A stretch of DNA of 63,824 nucleotides, the filler included, from Lenisia limosa (taxonomy: Eukaryota > Protista > Breviatea), in the NCBI GenBank assembly GCA_001655205.1. It is 10 parts of 10 records of this genome, joined end to end, with 100 filler letters (N's around TTAATTAATTAA, not from the genome) between each part and the next. Parts side by side here need not be neighbours in the genome. Positions count along the whole stretch, not along the records: positions 35,240 to 39,980 come from LPNZ01007219.1; positions 40,081 to 42,894 come from LPNZ01009650.1; positions 42,995 to 53,813 come from LPNZ01003540.1; 7 more parts are not named here. One strand, written 5' to 3'. Position 1 is the stretch's first letter. Every line of letters begins with the position of its first letter. The notes beneath the pieces were generated by a model. It saw only the letters and a list, made by a program, of their open reading frames with translations. It had not been told where the DNA came from and did no database searches. Made by a program: the position numbers and the translations under genes. Positions 36,780 to 50,200 of the stretch are shown here, one piece after another.

Positions 36780-37760
36780 ATGATGACTTTAAAGAAGTTA
36801 ATGACACCATTTTGGACCGTGAGCATATAGTCAAAGCTCCAGACATCATTCAAAATCTCCGGACACATCAAGACTCCCGGACAGCTTGAATTTTCCCTAT
36901 AAAAGTACTATAAACTTCATTTTCTTGTTATTTTCGAAAGTAATTTCAGTCATATCACAGGATAGAATGCGATTTTTACATATTCTTGGCTAAAACCCAA
37001 ATTTAGTCGCTTGGCTACCTGTTTGCGGCCCTTAAACTGCCACAAACAACCAAAACCGTTATAATCGGCCACATTCAAGGAATAAATGGCATCCGGGAAA
37101 GTTTGACCTTGTAGAAAGCACTATTTTGAACATTTTTCTCTCAAAATCCACCATTACATAGCCAAAGCAAGGGGGAATCCATACCCAATTAGGAACAAAT
37201 TTTTGTTTCTTAGCACTAAAAGAGGGATAGATTTTGAAAAAAATAACGTGAAAAGGCAAAAGGGGCCACCCCCTGGAGACCAAATTCACGTATTTTTGAC
37301 AGTTGCTCAAAATTGAAAATAAAATACTGTTGAGAGCTAAACCATGAAGTCTCTTGAGGTGAACATATAATGAAAAGGAGGAAGGGGGTAGTAATGGTGG
37401 GAAGCAACCATAGGAAACTGAGGAGGGGGGATAAAACCATATTGTGAAGGAATAGGAGGCTGACCATAGCCCTAATACTGGTTAGGAGGGTGTTGTTGAA
37501 CATAAGGGGAGACATTGGTGGGAAAAGATGGACATTGAGGGGATAAAAAACCTGTTCAGAAGCCTGTTCATTTTTATCCACCTTTTTCTTGCTGTCAATA
37601 AGGTCAGTAATATGAGAAGTAGCAGCTTTTTGGGCAAAGCCCTCACGCTTAATATATTTTTCAGAAGCCATAATAGAAGAATGAGAGGCAACAGCTGGAA
37701 CGGTCGCAGGGCGACCATCAACCTCACAAATATACTCAATAATAGATTCTTGGTGGTAAT
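36780..37760 (-). CDS. Uncharacterised protein fragment
   Basis: Open AG/GT-bounded exons (ESIIEYICEVDGRP...KNEQASEQ; QLSKIREFGLQG; CFLQGQTFPDAIYSLNVADYN). No family recognised. Confidence 0.35.
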
Positions 37761-38209
37761 TTCGAAATCAGTTTGTAATATTTCTCAAAAATCCTCTCAA
37801 TATGAACAGTGAACTGATTCTTCCGAATAGGGGTGTTTGTTTTGTTGTTGTTTGTGAAATGTTTTTGGGTGAAGCAAAGAATGGGGAATCATTGTTCAAA
37901 TCTTCATGTTGAGAGCATTCGGCTGCAATATAGAAAGGACCCCTTTAGCATAAAGAACCTCCAGAGTGGAAATTAACCGAAAATAGATCCAAAATAAAAT
38001 TTTGAATCATTTGAATCCCATGAACGNNNNNNNNNNNNNNNNNNNNNNNNNNNNNNNNNNNNNNNNNNNNNNNNNNNNNNNNNNNNNNNNNNNNNNNNNN
38101 NNNNNNNNNAGAGCGGCTATTACTTTTTTTATTATTCCATAATCGTTGTGCATTATTGTTTTGCTCTAATAGCCGTAACTCTAATTGCTGTAGCATAATG
38201 TATAATTAT

Positions 38210-39450
38210 GTAAATTTTGGACGACACTGATTCTCTATCCATTGCTGAAGCTGATTTAGTTCTTTGCTCTCCTTCCATCGAAAGGTAANNNNNNNNNNNN
38301 NNNNNNNNNNNNNNNNNNNNNNNNNNNNNNNNNNNNNNNNNNNNNNNNNNNNNNNNNNNNNNNNNNNNNNNNNNNNNNNNNNNNNNNNNNNNNNNNNNNN
38401 NNNNNNNNNNNNNNNNNNNNNNNNNNNNNNNNNNNNNNNNNNNNNNNNNNNNCCCCAACGCTCCCCAGTAATGAACGAAGTGAATCCCGTTGTATCGGTG
38501 CCTTTTTTGACGACGTCATATTTTCTTATCATATTCATCATATATGACCTTCCGATGATGTGTCACCCCCCCCCCTTCTTTCTCCCACTATACCCTTTGT
38601 CCCGTAAATGATATTTTATGCTTCTAATAGTTCGATTAGAGCGACACAAGATAATTTTTCGCGAAAAAAAAAAGACCCCAAAACGAAAAATATGACTCTC
38701 ATTTTCCCGAGGGTATATGATATATCATGTACATGTATAGTACATCATATGTATTTTTTAATTCTCATCCAAACAGGTTGGCAACGCTGTAAAATTTTGC
38801 AACTCTGGTGGTTTAGTCCTTGTAAAAGTAAGGTTGCAACAACATTACTAGGTTTAGAATCATATTGATTCAGAAAATTGTAGTAATCCCTTCAACTTAG
38901 GCAAAATCGGCAGTTTCGAGTACAGGATTATCAATAACATCAACAATTTAAACCAAAAAGCAGATAAACCAATTGAAAACAATAGAATCGAACCTACCGA
39001 GTTTCTTTGACGCCAAATTTTCATTTTAAATAAAAACCCTCTTTCAGAATAATAGCATTTGAGCCTATTAAAGTGTGTCCCACTATAGAAACGCAATTTT
39101 GTTAAGGAGAATTCGAATCTGAAGTCCATTCCTGGAAAATTGTTTTAAAGATGCCAAACTTCTATCACGGTTTATTTTTGAAAATTTTCCATATTCAGCC
39201 AATACAATGAAGTCAATGGACGAAGCAATCGACAGACTGAGGTACATATTTGCTACATACATTGTAAGTATGTTGGTCCGAAAAGACACAAGGATCACGA
39301 AAGGCTTGGGATCCAATGCTGTACGGGAGATACTTCAGCGTACAATACTGTAAAATATAACGCTAAGAGACTACAGGGGAGGAGAGAGGCCTGGGAAACC
39401 GTTGTCACGATGTCAATTGTCATACCCCTCAGATCTATGATCGTAAATGA
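38210..39450 (+). CDS. Fragmentary gene with a histidine-kinase N-box-like exon
   Basis: Clean 51-nt exon 38777-38827 encodes VGNAVKFCNSGGLVLVK. Flanking exons are poorly resolved and interrupted by gaps. Confidence 0.25.
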
Positions 39451-39717
39451 AGGTACACATAATATAATATAATATAAAANNNNNNNNNNNNNNNNNNNNN
39501 NNNNNNNNNNNNNNNNNNNNNNNNNNNNNNNNNNNNNNNNNNNNNNNNNNNNNNNNNNNNNNNNNNNNNNNNNNNNNNNNNNNNNNNNNNNNNNNNNNNN
39601 NNNNNNNNNNNNNNNNNNNNNNNNNNNNNNNNNNNNNCTACCAGAATGAGGAAGTCGCTAAATTATCCCTATTGTCGATCCATATAGTGTAGAAATACCA
39701 ATATAATGTACTATAAT

Positions 39718-39815
39718 TGGGTCTTCACGACGGTCCGAACAAGACCTGTAAAATATCGACAGTTTTCGAAGATCATTGGAGAAATTCATTCTTTTTTGGA
39801 GATAGAGAAGACCTA
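39718..39815 (+). mobile_element. MITE family A, diverged
   Basis: Same length and core (GTAAAATATCGA...GAGAAATTCA), degenerate TIRs. Confidence 0.65.
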
Positions 39816-40145
39816 ACCTCAAGGATATAATCTTGCATTCCTCCAGAGTGATATCATTCATTTTCAAATTTAAGTTTGCATTTATGACACCTCCTTCATC
39901 TGTGGCATAAGACGGATTTTGGAGGGCCTACCTGGGTTATTATGCAGGGGCTATTGTCCTTATTCATGAATCTAATCCTTNNNNNNNNNNNNNNNNNNNN
40001 NNNNNNNNNNNNNNNNNNNNNNNNTTAATTAATTAANNNNNNNNNNNNNNNNNNNNNNNNNNNNNNNNNNNNNNNNNNNNATTTGAAACTCCAAACAAAC
40101 AAAAAACAAAAAAAAAACAAGCGATAACAAGCACGGACAAAAGCC

Positions 40146-40275
40146 AGGGGGGTAAAATTGGAAAATGTATAGAACAAAAAGCCCAAAATCAGCTCTGTTG
40201 GCTGGCAACACACAATTGAAAACAATAAAATAGACAAAGCCCAGGCCTGTCACTTCTGCAGCACGACCTCATAAA
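40146..40275 (-). repeat. Family C, longest visible copy
   Basis: GTGCTGCAGAAGTGACAGGCCTGGGC...CCAACAGAGCTGATTTTGGGC...AATTTTACCCCCCTG. Confidence 0.85.
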
Positions 40276-40419
40276 AACGGAATTTACACCAGTTTGTACG
40301 TGTGAAAATGACCCGAAAAGTGAATGACTATCATACCCCATGATAACAAAGCAGGGTACCGTCATTCCCACGTCCCTCGACCTAATCCTACGACTAAGCG
40401 AAGTATCAAACAAACCTGG

Positions 40420-42890
40420 AGGAAGGGTTGTTGCACGGGAATGGAGACTTGAGGATGGGTGGCTAGAGGTGCGGCGGCAGGGATTGGCTTGGAGAGTAAA
40501 ATTGGGAAATTGATAAAACAAAAAAAGCACAAAATCATGTTCGCTAGTATTTGAGAAACACATAAGCGTAATCGCTTCTGCAGCACTGGATTGCCTTGGG
40601 GGTAAAGGGCATAATGAATCATATGAATAGTGACCGGGATAAGTCTTGACCGAAGCAGAATGATTTCCCAAGGAAAATCGGTCAAGCCTTATCCCGATCA
40701 GTTCGTTTTACTCCCCCCCCCCCCCCNNNNNNNNNNNNNNNNNNNNNNNNNNNNNNNNNNNNNNNNNNNNNNNNNNNNNNNNNNNNNNNNNNNNNNNNNN
40801 NNNNNNNNNNNNNNNNNNNNNNNNNNNNNNNNNNNNNNNNNNNNNNNNNNNNNNNNNNNNNNNNNNNNNNNNNNNNNNNNGCTTGTTGAGGAGGCTGAAA
40901 ATGGTTAGAAAATGCGGTCAAGGGGCTGTAAAGGGTTATTGGACCTGAGTTAATCATTTTAGAAATGTGATCCATTTTACCTGTTGTTTAGGGGGTTGAG
41001 TCGAAGCAGGCTGCATAGCTTGGGCCTAGGCGGTAAATCAGAGAATTGGGCTTAAGTGTATATTATATGATGTAATTTATGTAGTAATAGTATCTATTTA
41101 TTTTGGTTTATGATATCCTTATGTATGTGTATCTTTTTGTAAGTTCAATAATGTATTGTCTTCTCTAAACAATAAAAACAAAAACATATTGTTTAATAAA
41201 TACCTGGGGTTGCATGGGTTGGGCAGCGGGTGTGGAAGAGCCGAAGATATCGAAGGGATCCGTGGCGGCTTGAGGCGCGGCAGGGGCCTATCGGAAGATT
41301 AAAGCTAGGGCTTCACTTCAGTTCGAAAAGAGACCCGGTAAAATATGGATAGTTTTCGAGAACTTATCGAGAAATTCATTGATAGTTTTCGAGAATTTAT
41401 CGAGAAATTCAGTATTTTTTCGAAGCGAACGGAAGCCGGATCCAAACCAGATATAACATAATCTTAACCGAGCCCCATAGCATAGCAAATAGAATTATCT
41501 ACTTCTATCTAATAAAGCTACCTCCATTCTCTACCCCCCCACAGTGACAGGCACATGGGTCTCGGCAAAAGGGTCGGCGGCGGCCTGGAAGGGGTCGGCA
41601 TCGAAGGGGTTCGGAGCAGAGGCCGATGACGTCATCGTGTGGCCGGGAGGGGGGGATAGCACGCCCGGAGACCTGGGCCATGTCAAAAAAAAACCCAAAA
41701 AAAAAAGCCCCGAATATTCATCATTTTGAAAAAGAAAAAAAACACTAAAAATTGCCCTGTTTAAAAATTTATGGCATCCTATGTATGCCGGGGAGGCACA
41801 CAGAAAGCTGTGTGTACAGAGTTGTAAGGCAAATGATTGGGTGAATCCAGTATCTTAAGCGATAGGCGTGATGGTGTGGACGGCTTCGGCTAGATACTAG
41901 CTTTTTATTTCTCATCCCTATGTATAATATGTACATTTCCTATATCCTTTTCTTGCACAAAAAAGCCCTGTTCAACAAACCGTGACGGGGGAGGTAGGGT
42001 CGGGAGGGCCCCCGCGGAAACCTGCGGTGTGTCCGATATTCTCAGCCCCTGGAGCCCGGTTGCCTGGGGGGTTAGTAAGAATGGAAATTGAAAAAAAAAA
42101 GGGGGGGGGGTTATCCCTTTGCCCTTTTACAGCATTATATCCCTCTCACCGGGTACACCCCNNNNNNNNNNNNNNNNNNNNNNNNNNNNNNNNNNNNNNN
42201 NNNNNNNNNNNNNNNNNNNNNNNNNNNNNNNNNNNNNNNNNNNNNNNNNNNNNNNNNNNNNNNNNNNNNNNNNNNNNNNNNNNNGTCACTTTCAGACTCG
42301 CCGCCGGAGACTGGAGCTGGCAGGGACACGTCCACTCTAAACAATATGAGTTTTTGGTACACATTTCCAAGGTTTCCATGTAACCTACTCAAAGCATCCC
42401 TTGGTCTAAAAAGCAAAAATAAAACTAATAAAAGAAGAACCTAGGCCCTCCCCACCTGTTTTCTGTGGGAATCTCGGACATATCTAAAGGTGTCAGAACA
42501 GATTTATTTGCAGTAAAGTCTCTATTGAATCTAGATCACAGAGATCCGGCGGTTGACTGGAACAACAAAAACACCCAAAGAAAACGACAACGACTACCAC
42601 ACTTAGATAAGAAGCTGGTAAAAAATACCACTTTAACAAGAGCCGAAAGAAAAGCTCACCTACCTTCCCCCAGACTTGCTTTTCCACCTTCTCCCAAATC
42701 CAATCTAGGACTTCACTTCGGTTCCAAAAGACTGAATTTCTCGAAAAATTATCGAAAATTATCGATACTGGTATTTTTTGAACCGAAGTGAAGCCCTACT
42801 CCTTCCCCCTCCCCCCCGACTTTTGTTGATCAGGTCATTTGACGGGGTTTCTCCTCGTTTGAGAGCCTCAACGTAATCCTAAGAGGGAAG
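40420..42890 (-). CDS. Endocytic adaptor C-terminal region (AP180/epsin-like; NPF and DPF motifs)
   Basis: Exons APNPFDADPFQAAADPFAET and AATDPFDIFGSS, plus P/Q-rich exons. The N-terminal ANTH/ENTH domain is not visible. Confidence 0.6.
40481..40606 (-). repeat. Family C copy with acceptor duplication
   Basis: Flanked by TTTACCCCCAAG-GCAATCC and TTTACTCTCCAAG-CCAATCC (host-sense). Confidence 0.8.
40636..40695. repeat. Family D 60-bp fold-back element
   Basis: 18-bp inverted arms GGGATAAGTCTTGACCGA / TCGGTCAAGCCTTATCCC (17/18). Confidence 0.8.
41306..41440 (+). mobile_element. MITE family A with internal duplication
   Basis: GATAGTTTTCGAGAAxTTATCGAGAAATTCA is present twice. Confidence 0.8.
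41797..41915. repeat. Family B element, complete core, opposite orientation
   Basis: Reverse complement of both halves of the 31.8-kb copy. Confidence 0.85.
42706..42798 (-). mobile_element. MITE family A
   Basis: TAGGACTTCACTTCGGTTC...GAACCGAAGTGAAGCCCTA. Confidence 0.85.
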
Positions 42891-42994
42891 TTAANNNNNN
42901 NNNNNNNNNNNNNNNNNNNNNNNNNNNNNNNNNNNNNNTTAATTAATTAANNNNNNNNNNNNNNNNNNNNNNNNNNNNNNNNNNNNNNNNNNNN

Positions 42995-45900
42995 TCGCTC
43001 ACGGCCCGCGGCGGCGACATCGGCATTTCGGCCACGTCAACTTTTGTGGTTGGTTTCCGCTTCACTTTTGGGCGGTTGGGAAAGAGGGCGATACTGTTTC
43101 AACACTATCATACACAGTGACGTAAATATTCACAATTTTGGAAGGAAATCAAAATCAGGAATTGTTCAACTTACCATATAGGGACATTCATCAACTTTCC
43201 GTTGCCTCAATAGTGGATGTACAAGCTCTTTACTATCCAACTACCTGGTATCAGCAGGCTCACAAAGTAAGCCCTTCATTAAGTTGTGTAAACAAAAAAT
43301 GACGTCATGCAAATCTGACATGGCTATTTTTCGGGAAAGAAAACAATCATTTGTTATCCTCAAATCACCCCTTTAGACTCGGGATACTCCTCGTATTCGG
43401 CAATGACTGGGTGGTCAGCTCTTCGCAGTTGTTCAGCTAGTGATTCTGGCGCCCAAACGCTGGAAGTCTACGTGCGCTAGGTCAATGATAAATTAAATGT
43501 ATACTATTTTCTCTACAAGAAGATAAGCAACATCTTTAAAGTGAAATACATGAAATAACGCGAAACAGTATCAGACATGCTTAACTTGTGATTAACTTCA
43601 CCGCTCGATTACTTTTTGACCTTCTTGATTACTTTTACAACTTTCTTCACTTTGATCACCTTCTTCTTCTTCTTTTTCAATGCGTCTTCCAAACCAGTTA
43701 CCACAACCTGGGGGATGAAAGACTCAAATACGTAATTGATTTAAAAAACGTGGTAATCTCTTTCTTATGACATTATTCGTCCCTCCTCAGCACGTGTACC
43801 TCTCACCGGTTCTGATACAGTTTCAGGTTTGACTGTAGCAACTGGGTTGGGGACTGCTTCCTCATGAGGGACCTCCTGGAGTTTAGTTAAGGAACCAGTA
43901 AAAATCTAATACCACAGACTACATGTATATCATATATATTCAGATAATACTATTGCCCCCCTGAAATATATTAGCTCATTAAACAGTTACATAAAAAGCA
44001 AAAAACATCCAAAACAACACGTCACTGCAGAAAATGAGTATGTAAACAACTTCCCCCCCTCCCCCCCAACAGTTGCCATTCCTTTCACAGGCGGTTTAAT
44101 TGGCGTGTCAGGTAAAGACNNNNNNNNNNNNNNNNNNNNNNNNNNNNNNNNNNNNNNNNNNNNNNNTTGCAATCAGTACATTCTCAGACCGAATTGAATA
44201 GTGAATAAAATGTCTCTCTAAAAATATCATATCATAGTATGTTACTCACAAATTTTGACACCCACCCGCCCACCTCCTGGAATATGCCAGAGCATTCAGC
44301 AGCTTCGGCGTCAATGCTTTCATTCATTTCAACATCTCCATCATCCTGTATGATCAGTTTTAGGATTTGGCATGGAATTCCTATGGTCAACTTGACGTTA
44401 CTTTCAAACAATCCCACATATTATATTACTAAAACACTCGTTTGGGCAAAGGAAAGATGCCCCTTCCCACCTCAGCCACAACGTCATTTAAGCTGATCAT
44501 CATAGGGGGTGCAGAAACAGACACTTCCTCATTATCTCGCATCTTGCTTTGCTGTTTGATGACCCTCTTTAGCTCTTTAATTGTCTCTAATGCATGGTCT
44601 GTTGACTTTTCAGCACTGGCTAAAATCTGCTGGGTTAAAAAACCAAATAACATCATGTCAGAGTGCTGAAAATATCACAATTCTGGTAGCTTTATTGAGA
44701 GACTAGTTTCTTTGGGCAGTCAGAAATACCTCATTGAATCGAATACCCCCCCCCCCNNNNNNNNNNNNNNNNNNNNNNNNNNNNNNNNNNNNNNNNNNNN
44801 NNNNNNNNNNNNNNNNNNNNNNNNNNNNNNNNNNNNNNCCCCTACATCATCATTAGCAAAAGTGAGGAAGTATTCAATACAAGCTGCAACTCCCTGAAAG
44901 CAGTACCTTCTGCGCTGTACATATCTGCTTCTGGGGATTGACGAAGAAGACAAGATCACCATCAGCCTCAATTTCCTCTCTATGCGTTCCGTCCATCCAC
45001 GCTTGGCCGCTACAGAGTGAGACTCTTACGAATGGTTTTTTTCTGAGCAAAGTACCTTAAAAACACCGCTCCGCTCACTTAAATACAAAGAAAGACACAG
45101 AAATCGGCAGATGGTGCAGGCCTAAGGGCACCGGTGGCTTCTCGGACGTCGGGAACTGGAGGGGGGAGGGGAGTGAAGGAAAACTTTCTTGTGAAACAAA
45201 AACAAACAAGTCCCCTATCCAACTCTGTTGGCTAAGCATCTGCAAAGGGGGTAGTGTTTCAACTTATACCCTACCCACAAAGGTATATACTCGACAATTG
45301 GGGAGTCACCCCCCCCACGAATATGCAGCCCGCTACCCTCAAGCCCCTCACAATAATTGGCTTGCCGTTTTTGATCGCGGAGTCAGGGCGTCTTGAATGC
45401 ATCAAAGCCGCCAGAGCCGCAAGAGACGTGGCGTCGTTGGCATTCCCGTCGTAGTCGATCACGACAACTGTCACAGTCACCTCCCAAACCTGATGTCGGG
45501 TAAGGAATGAAATGAGCCATGATGGAAGAAATGGAAAGAACACTCTGAAACAGGAGCAGCTGAAAAACAAAAGATATTTCCTCTTGACGGTTGTGTAAAA
45601 ACTGTTATTGACACCCTAGAAATACTTATAAAGTGGCATTTTTCTGCCAGGTACAGTTATATTTTGAAAGACATGTGGAGTAAACCATGCAATGTATCCT
45701 TAACATACCAGTACTCCTCTGAGAATACACAGCGAATTGGGGTCCACTGCTTTCGCTTCCTAAGATCCAATAAGTTCAGAGTAGTTTCAGCTGATGGGAA
45801 ATGAGAAGGGGCAAGTAAATTGCACTACGAACCCAACAACAGCCTAATTCAAAAAAAGTAAACCCCCATGCACGGAGCAGGGTAGAGGGTGACCCATTTC

Positions 45901-46978
45901 CACCCACTCTTAGACCTCTGTCAAGGAGCCGGCCCAAACTCGTGCATTTGTCTACAAGGTCCCTAGAGGGTTAATGACAAGACTCAACACTGTCGTCAAA
46001 ATATTCTTTGATGCTGAAGGTGTTTGGAGAATGTGGTGCTATGAAGTATAGTTAATAAAAAACTCACTGTTTCAGTAATACTCTTTTCACCTTTCTCTCC
46101 AAACAACCTCCTCCTACGGTCCACTACTGAATGATGGATGCGCAGTAGGGGCCATGGTGACTCGGAAGATAATGTGCCCTTCACGTGGCTTATTAACAGG
46201 CGGCTTAACAGCCTCATACGCCACTGATGCTCTTACCCTGGAGAGTTGGAAATGGTTTGGTTAGTTGTATAGTGTGGTGTTGGTCTATAGCTCACTAAAA
46301 GTTTCCTCCTTGCGCAGGGTGTGATTTGTGATATTTGTAGAAATTAGAAAGGGAACGAGTCCATGATCCCCCCCCTCCCTTACAACTTTTAAGGCGTGGG
46401 AATAACCAAACTGCATACCTAAAGGAATCAGATTAAATCGAGTTCACCCCACTTGAACCCCGGCCACAAACAAAAGGCGAAGTATAGATAGGTGTTATCT
46501 GGGAATCTATCCACACTGTCACGCCTATATGAGAAGTACGTTTTTTAATGCGGTTACACAGGGTGGGGGTTTGGATAACAGAGTTCAACAGGAAAGTAAT
46601 TGGCCACAATAAGAACGATGCTGAAGAGAACATGAAGAGAAAAGCACAATGGGCACCAAGAGCTAACAATTTCATCAATAATTTGGAGATAATTTGGAAA
46701 TAAATACAGTGAAGGGCTATTCCCATGTAATAATAATATGATAAAGAAAATAGATCATCGCAGCTGTTACCAACCTTGTTTTGCCGATAGAGACCATGAC
46801 GGTATCAGGGTCCTTTCCAAACTCGTACTCAATCTTACGATACTCATCATCCTTCCTAGGGAAGTGTGAGAAAGGCATCCGGAGAGCAGGGTGCTTACCT
46901 TCCATCAAATCTCAGCTTCTTTTGATGAAGATCCATGAATAGATCTCGATTCTGTTTAACTTTGAAGTCATCCCTCAT
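42995..46978 (-). CDS. EXOSC9: Exosome core subunit Rrp45 (PM/Scl-75) with long C-terminal tail
   Basis: LRFDGR-KDDEYRKI, VSIGKTRV, LGRLLDRGLR, AVDPNSLCI, VWEVTVTVVVIDYDGNANDATSLAALAALMHSRRPD, PVPLGLHHLPISVSF, EEIEADG, QICTAQK. Confidence 0.92.
45150..45245 (-). repeat. Family C fragment at an RRP45 acceptor
   Basis: TTAGCCAACAGAGTTGGAT...TTTCAC, ending in the C-rich acceptor. Confidence 0.55.
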
Positions 46979-47207
46979 ACTAGCCAACTCACAAAAAGAT
47001 GTGGATGTGGTACTGCTCGAATTTTTTTAAATGATTATTTATCTGGGGGAAGCTCAAGATACCATGACGCACACTACTATTTATGGGAATTTTGTTGTTT
47101 CCGGCTCTCTTTCAGTGAACAGAAGAACTGAATGATCATTGTTGCTGCTTGAATCATAAAACAAGAAGAGGTGAAATCCCTCCCGATTATATTTCCTTTT
47201 ACCGAAG

Positions 47208-50200
47208 ATGGCCTCCTCTGGCACCATTGGGGAGCTGCTACAGCGGCTTTCTGTTGCTGCTGGTAATCAGCAGGCCCAAGTCGAAGAAGACGTCGCCCTA
47301 CTCCTTTCATCCACCCAAAAAGGTGTGATCCGGTTTAACAAGTTCACATCCTTCCCATGTTTTTTTTTTGCTGTTGTTGTTGTTTTTGACCATTTAGCGG
47401 AACTGAAAGCCGCAGCAATTCGCCTTGGCGCTTATGAGACGCTCTTATTCATCCTGCACCAGTTCCATCATGTTTGTGGAATCCTGTCGTTATCCATTGT
47501 TTCTGCCTTCTGAGCATATAAGGAGCATCTAACGATTTTCCTAAGTATCTGAAAATAAGCAAGGTGTGACATAAATATTATATGAAGACAATACCACAGT
47601 GGGGTATCATCCTCTATTTCCTTTTGTACAAACGGCTTTGTTAGCACCTTGCCTATTTTTCTATCCCTTATCTATTAGATACACTGTCGTTGAACTTTAT
47701 TCAGATGAAAATATATTTCCACATTTTTGATGATGGGTATTTGTTCACTTAGTCTCATAGGACACAACCTCTGCAACTTTGGTCCCCAATACCCTTCAAC
47801 TACTTTGTTCGCTTTCAAAACTTAGTGGGCAGTTTGAAGTGTACTTTTTGTTTACCTAGTGATGATAAATGCCGTTTTTTTTCTCTCATTTGCTTTGAAT
47901 TGTAATTATTCATTTATGAAGTGGCTTTGGACTCCAATGGACTGTTGTGCTCTCTATGAAGCACGGGGTATTGTTAACAGTTACAGTTCCACGAGCGGAA
48001 ACCACATTCCGCAAGAAGAGAGGCCTGAATTGTGTACTGAACATTCTCCGTCAGGCAGTTGGCGGCGACCAGATGGCAAATGTCCTTCAGGCCGTTAACG
48101 CTCTTCATGTCATGGCGAAGTCCAATGGTTGGGGGTTTGGGGTGCAAGGGTAACGGGTGCAGAATTAATCCTTGAGTAACACCAAACAGGTCAGTCAGCA
48201 CTGTACGTTGTTCGTTCAAACGGGGCCCAGGTCCTTCTCCCCCTCTTTTCGGCGTATAGTGGCGTAGTTGAGATCGTGGATTCAGTTACGTCGTACCTCC
48301 AGTTCATGTCTTCTAAAGGTGGGCTGAAAAGCTTGCTGCCTATTTAAAATAGTAGCGTTATTCATCGTGAACTCCATTCGTTTTCGTAATATGCATTATA
48401 TATCATAAAGTCTAACCAGTCATGTCACAGATTATCTTTTACCGACCCTCCAGACAAAAGGCTACCGTTAGTTGTGCGTCTCTCGAACACGCTGCCATCC
48501 CTCGTGGAGGCTGCGTCAATTCACTGTTCTGCGGTCCCAGAGCTGACGGCCGACATCATCGTATTACTCACTACCATTGCCAAGGGTGCTGGTTGGGGGG
48601 GNNNNNNNNNNNNNNNNNNNNNNNNNNNNNNNNNNNNNNNNNNNNNNNNNNNNNNNNNNNNNNNNNNNNNNNNNNNNCGCTTTAATTTTTTTTCCGAGAG
48701 AGCTTTCAAATAGGTGCCACATGAAACCATACATTTAGTATTATATCAAGACATTCTATATAGTCTCCGGATGTCGCTGAATCACTCCTTCAGAAAACAC
48801 GGCAGTAGCATGCGGGAGGGCCGCAGCCACACGCCTTGTCCTGACAGCCTTACGCCTCCACCTTCCCGATAAGGCAATTGTTAAGAAAGCCCTTCAGCTG
48901 CTGTATGTTATCACCAAAGGACCTGGTTGGGGGGGGGGGATACAAATATCAGAAAATAAAACACAAACACATGACTAAGCATGATCAGATCGTGTTTAGT
49001 TTGTCACATACACTTACCATGTCCAGCTTTCCAGGGAAGAGAATTCCAGTCTGAAAATGGCGTGGCTTCTTGTCTGTCTGTTTGCCTGCTTTATGGCAAG
49101 GTTAACTGGGTGTTGCTGTAATATGTGATATGATATATGGTAAGTGTTATTCTCGTTGCAGTTCTCATACTCTTCTGCCTTTTCTTTTTCGTATCTTCCT
49201 TCTCTGCATTTGTCTCATTAGACCTCCTCAAGGCTAACATTAATCAGGAGGTGGACATCATCAATCTCATTCTGAGAATATTCGAGAACATTTGTCTTGC
49301 TGGCGGTTTGAGGGGGGTGGGTCTGGGATTTGTTTATGAGGGGAGTGAATTAGAAGTGTGGACCAGTGTTGTTTTCGCAATTCTACAACCGTTATATCAT
49401 GCACTGTAAATGCGCATAACATATCATATCCTATAGCTATGCTTTTTTATTGTCTCTTCCAATTTACCCTATTTCAGACACGTACCTTCAACTTCTTAAT
49501 GCGTTCAATGTGCCCCAAGCAATCATTGATCTTATTCATGGACCCATATCCAGTGATACGAAAGTGGGGTGAAAGAACTGCTACAAACTAGTCATTCTGT
49601 CGAAATTTCTCTCTTTGATATTTTGCCTCATTGAAACAATTCACTTTTTACCCATGTAACTCCAGCTGTTTTCTCTTTTAAAACCATTATCGACCATTTC
49701 CCTCACATCACATTTGCCCAGATAGTGACACTGGCCGCCTTTGTTCTGCAGACGCTCTTCGCGCAGACCTTGGAGACGTCTGAACTGGACGAAAACGGTC
49801 AGGACGTTGCAGTCCCTGCATTCGAGACTTTACCGTGGCCAATGGAGTCGCAGCTACCAAACATCACCATACCATCATGTTGGCAGTGTTGTGATGATAT
49901 TGGGCTTTTACTGCAAGTTAGGTCGTGTCCACGGAATTATTTTGTCATTTGAGAGTTGTCAAGCTTTTAACCAGCCTTTGCAGCAATCCAACCCCCTGCC
50001 CGCAAGTCCCCCCTTTCAGACTCCTCACCCACACTCCCCGATTCTGAGGATGACAAGGACGAGGTGGGGTCTTCCCTGGGCTTCATTTCGGTTCGAAAAA
50101 AAACTGCATTTCTCGATAAATCCTCGAAAATTATCGATATTTTACCGGTATTTTTTGAACCAAAGTAAAGCCCAAGCTCTTCCTTTTCGAGGGAATTCTT

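Noticed and set aside
45690-45705. U12-type signal GTATCCTTAAC
   Set aside because: It is the antisense of an ordinary RRP45 GT donor, with no plus-strand gene context.
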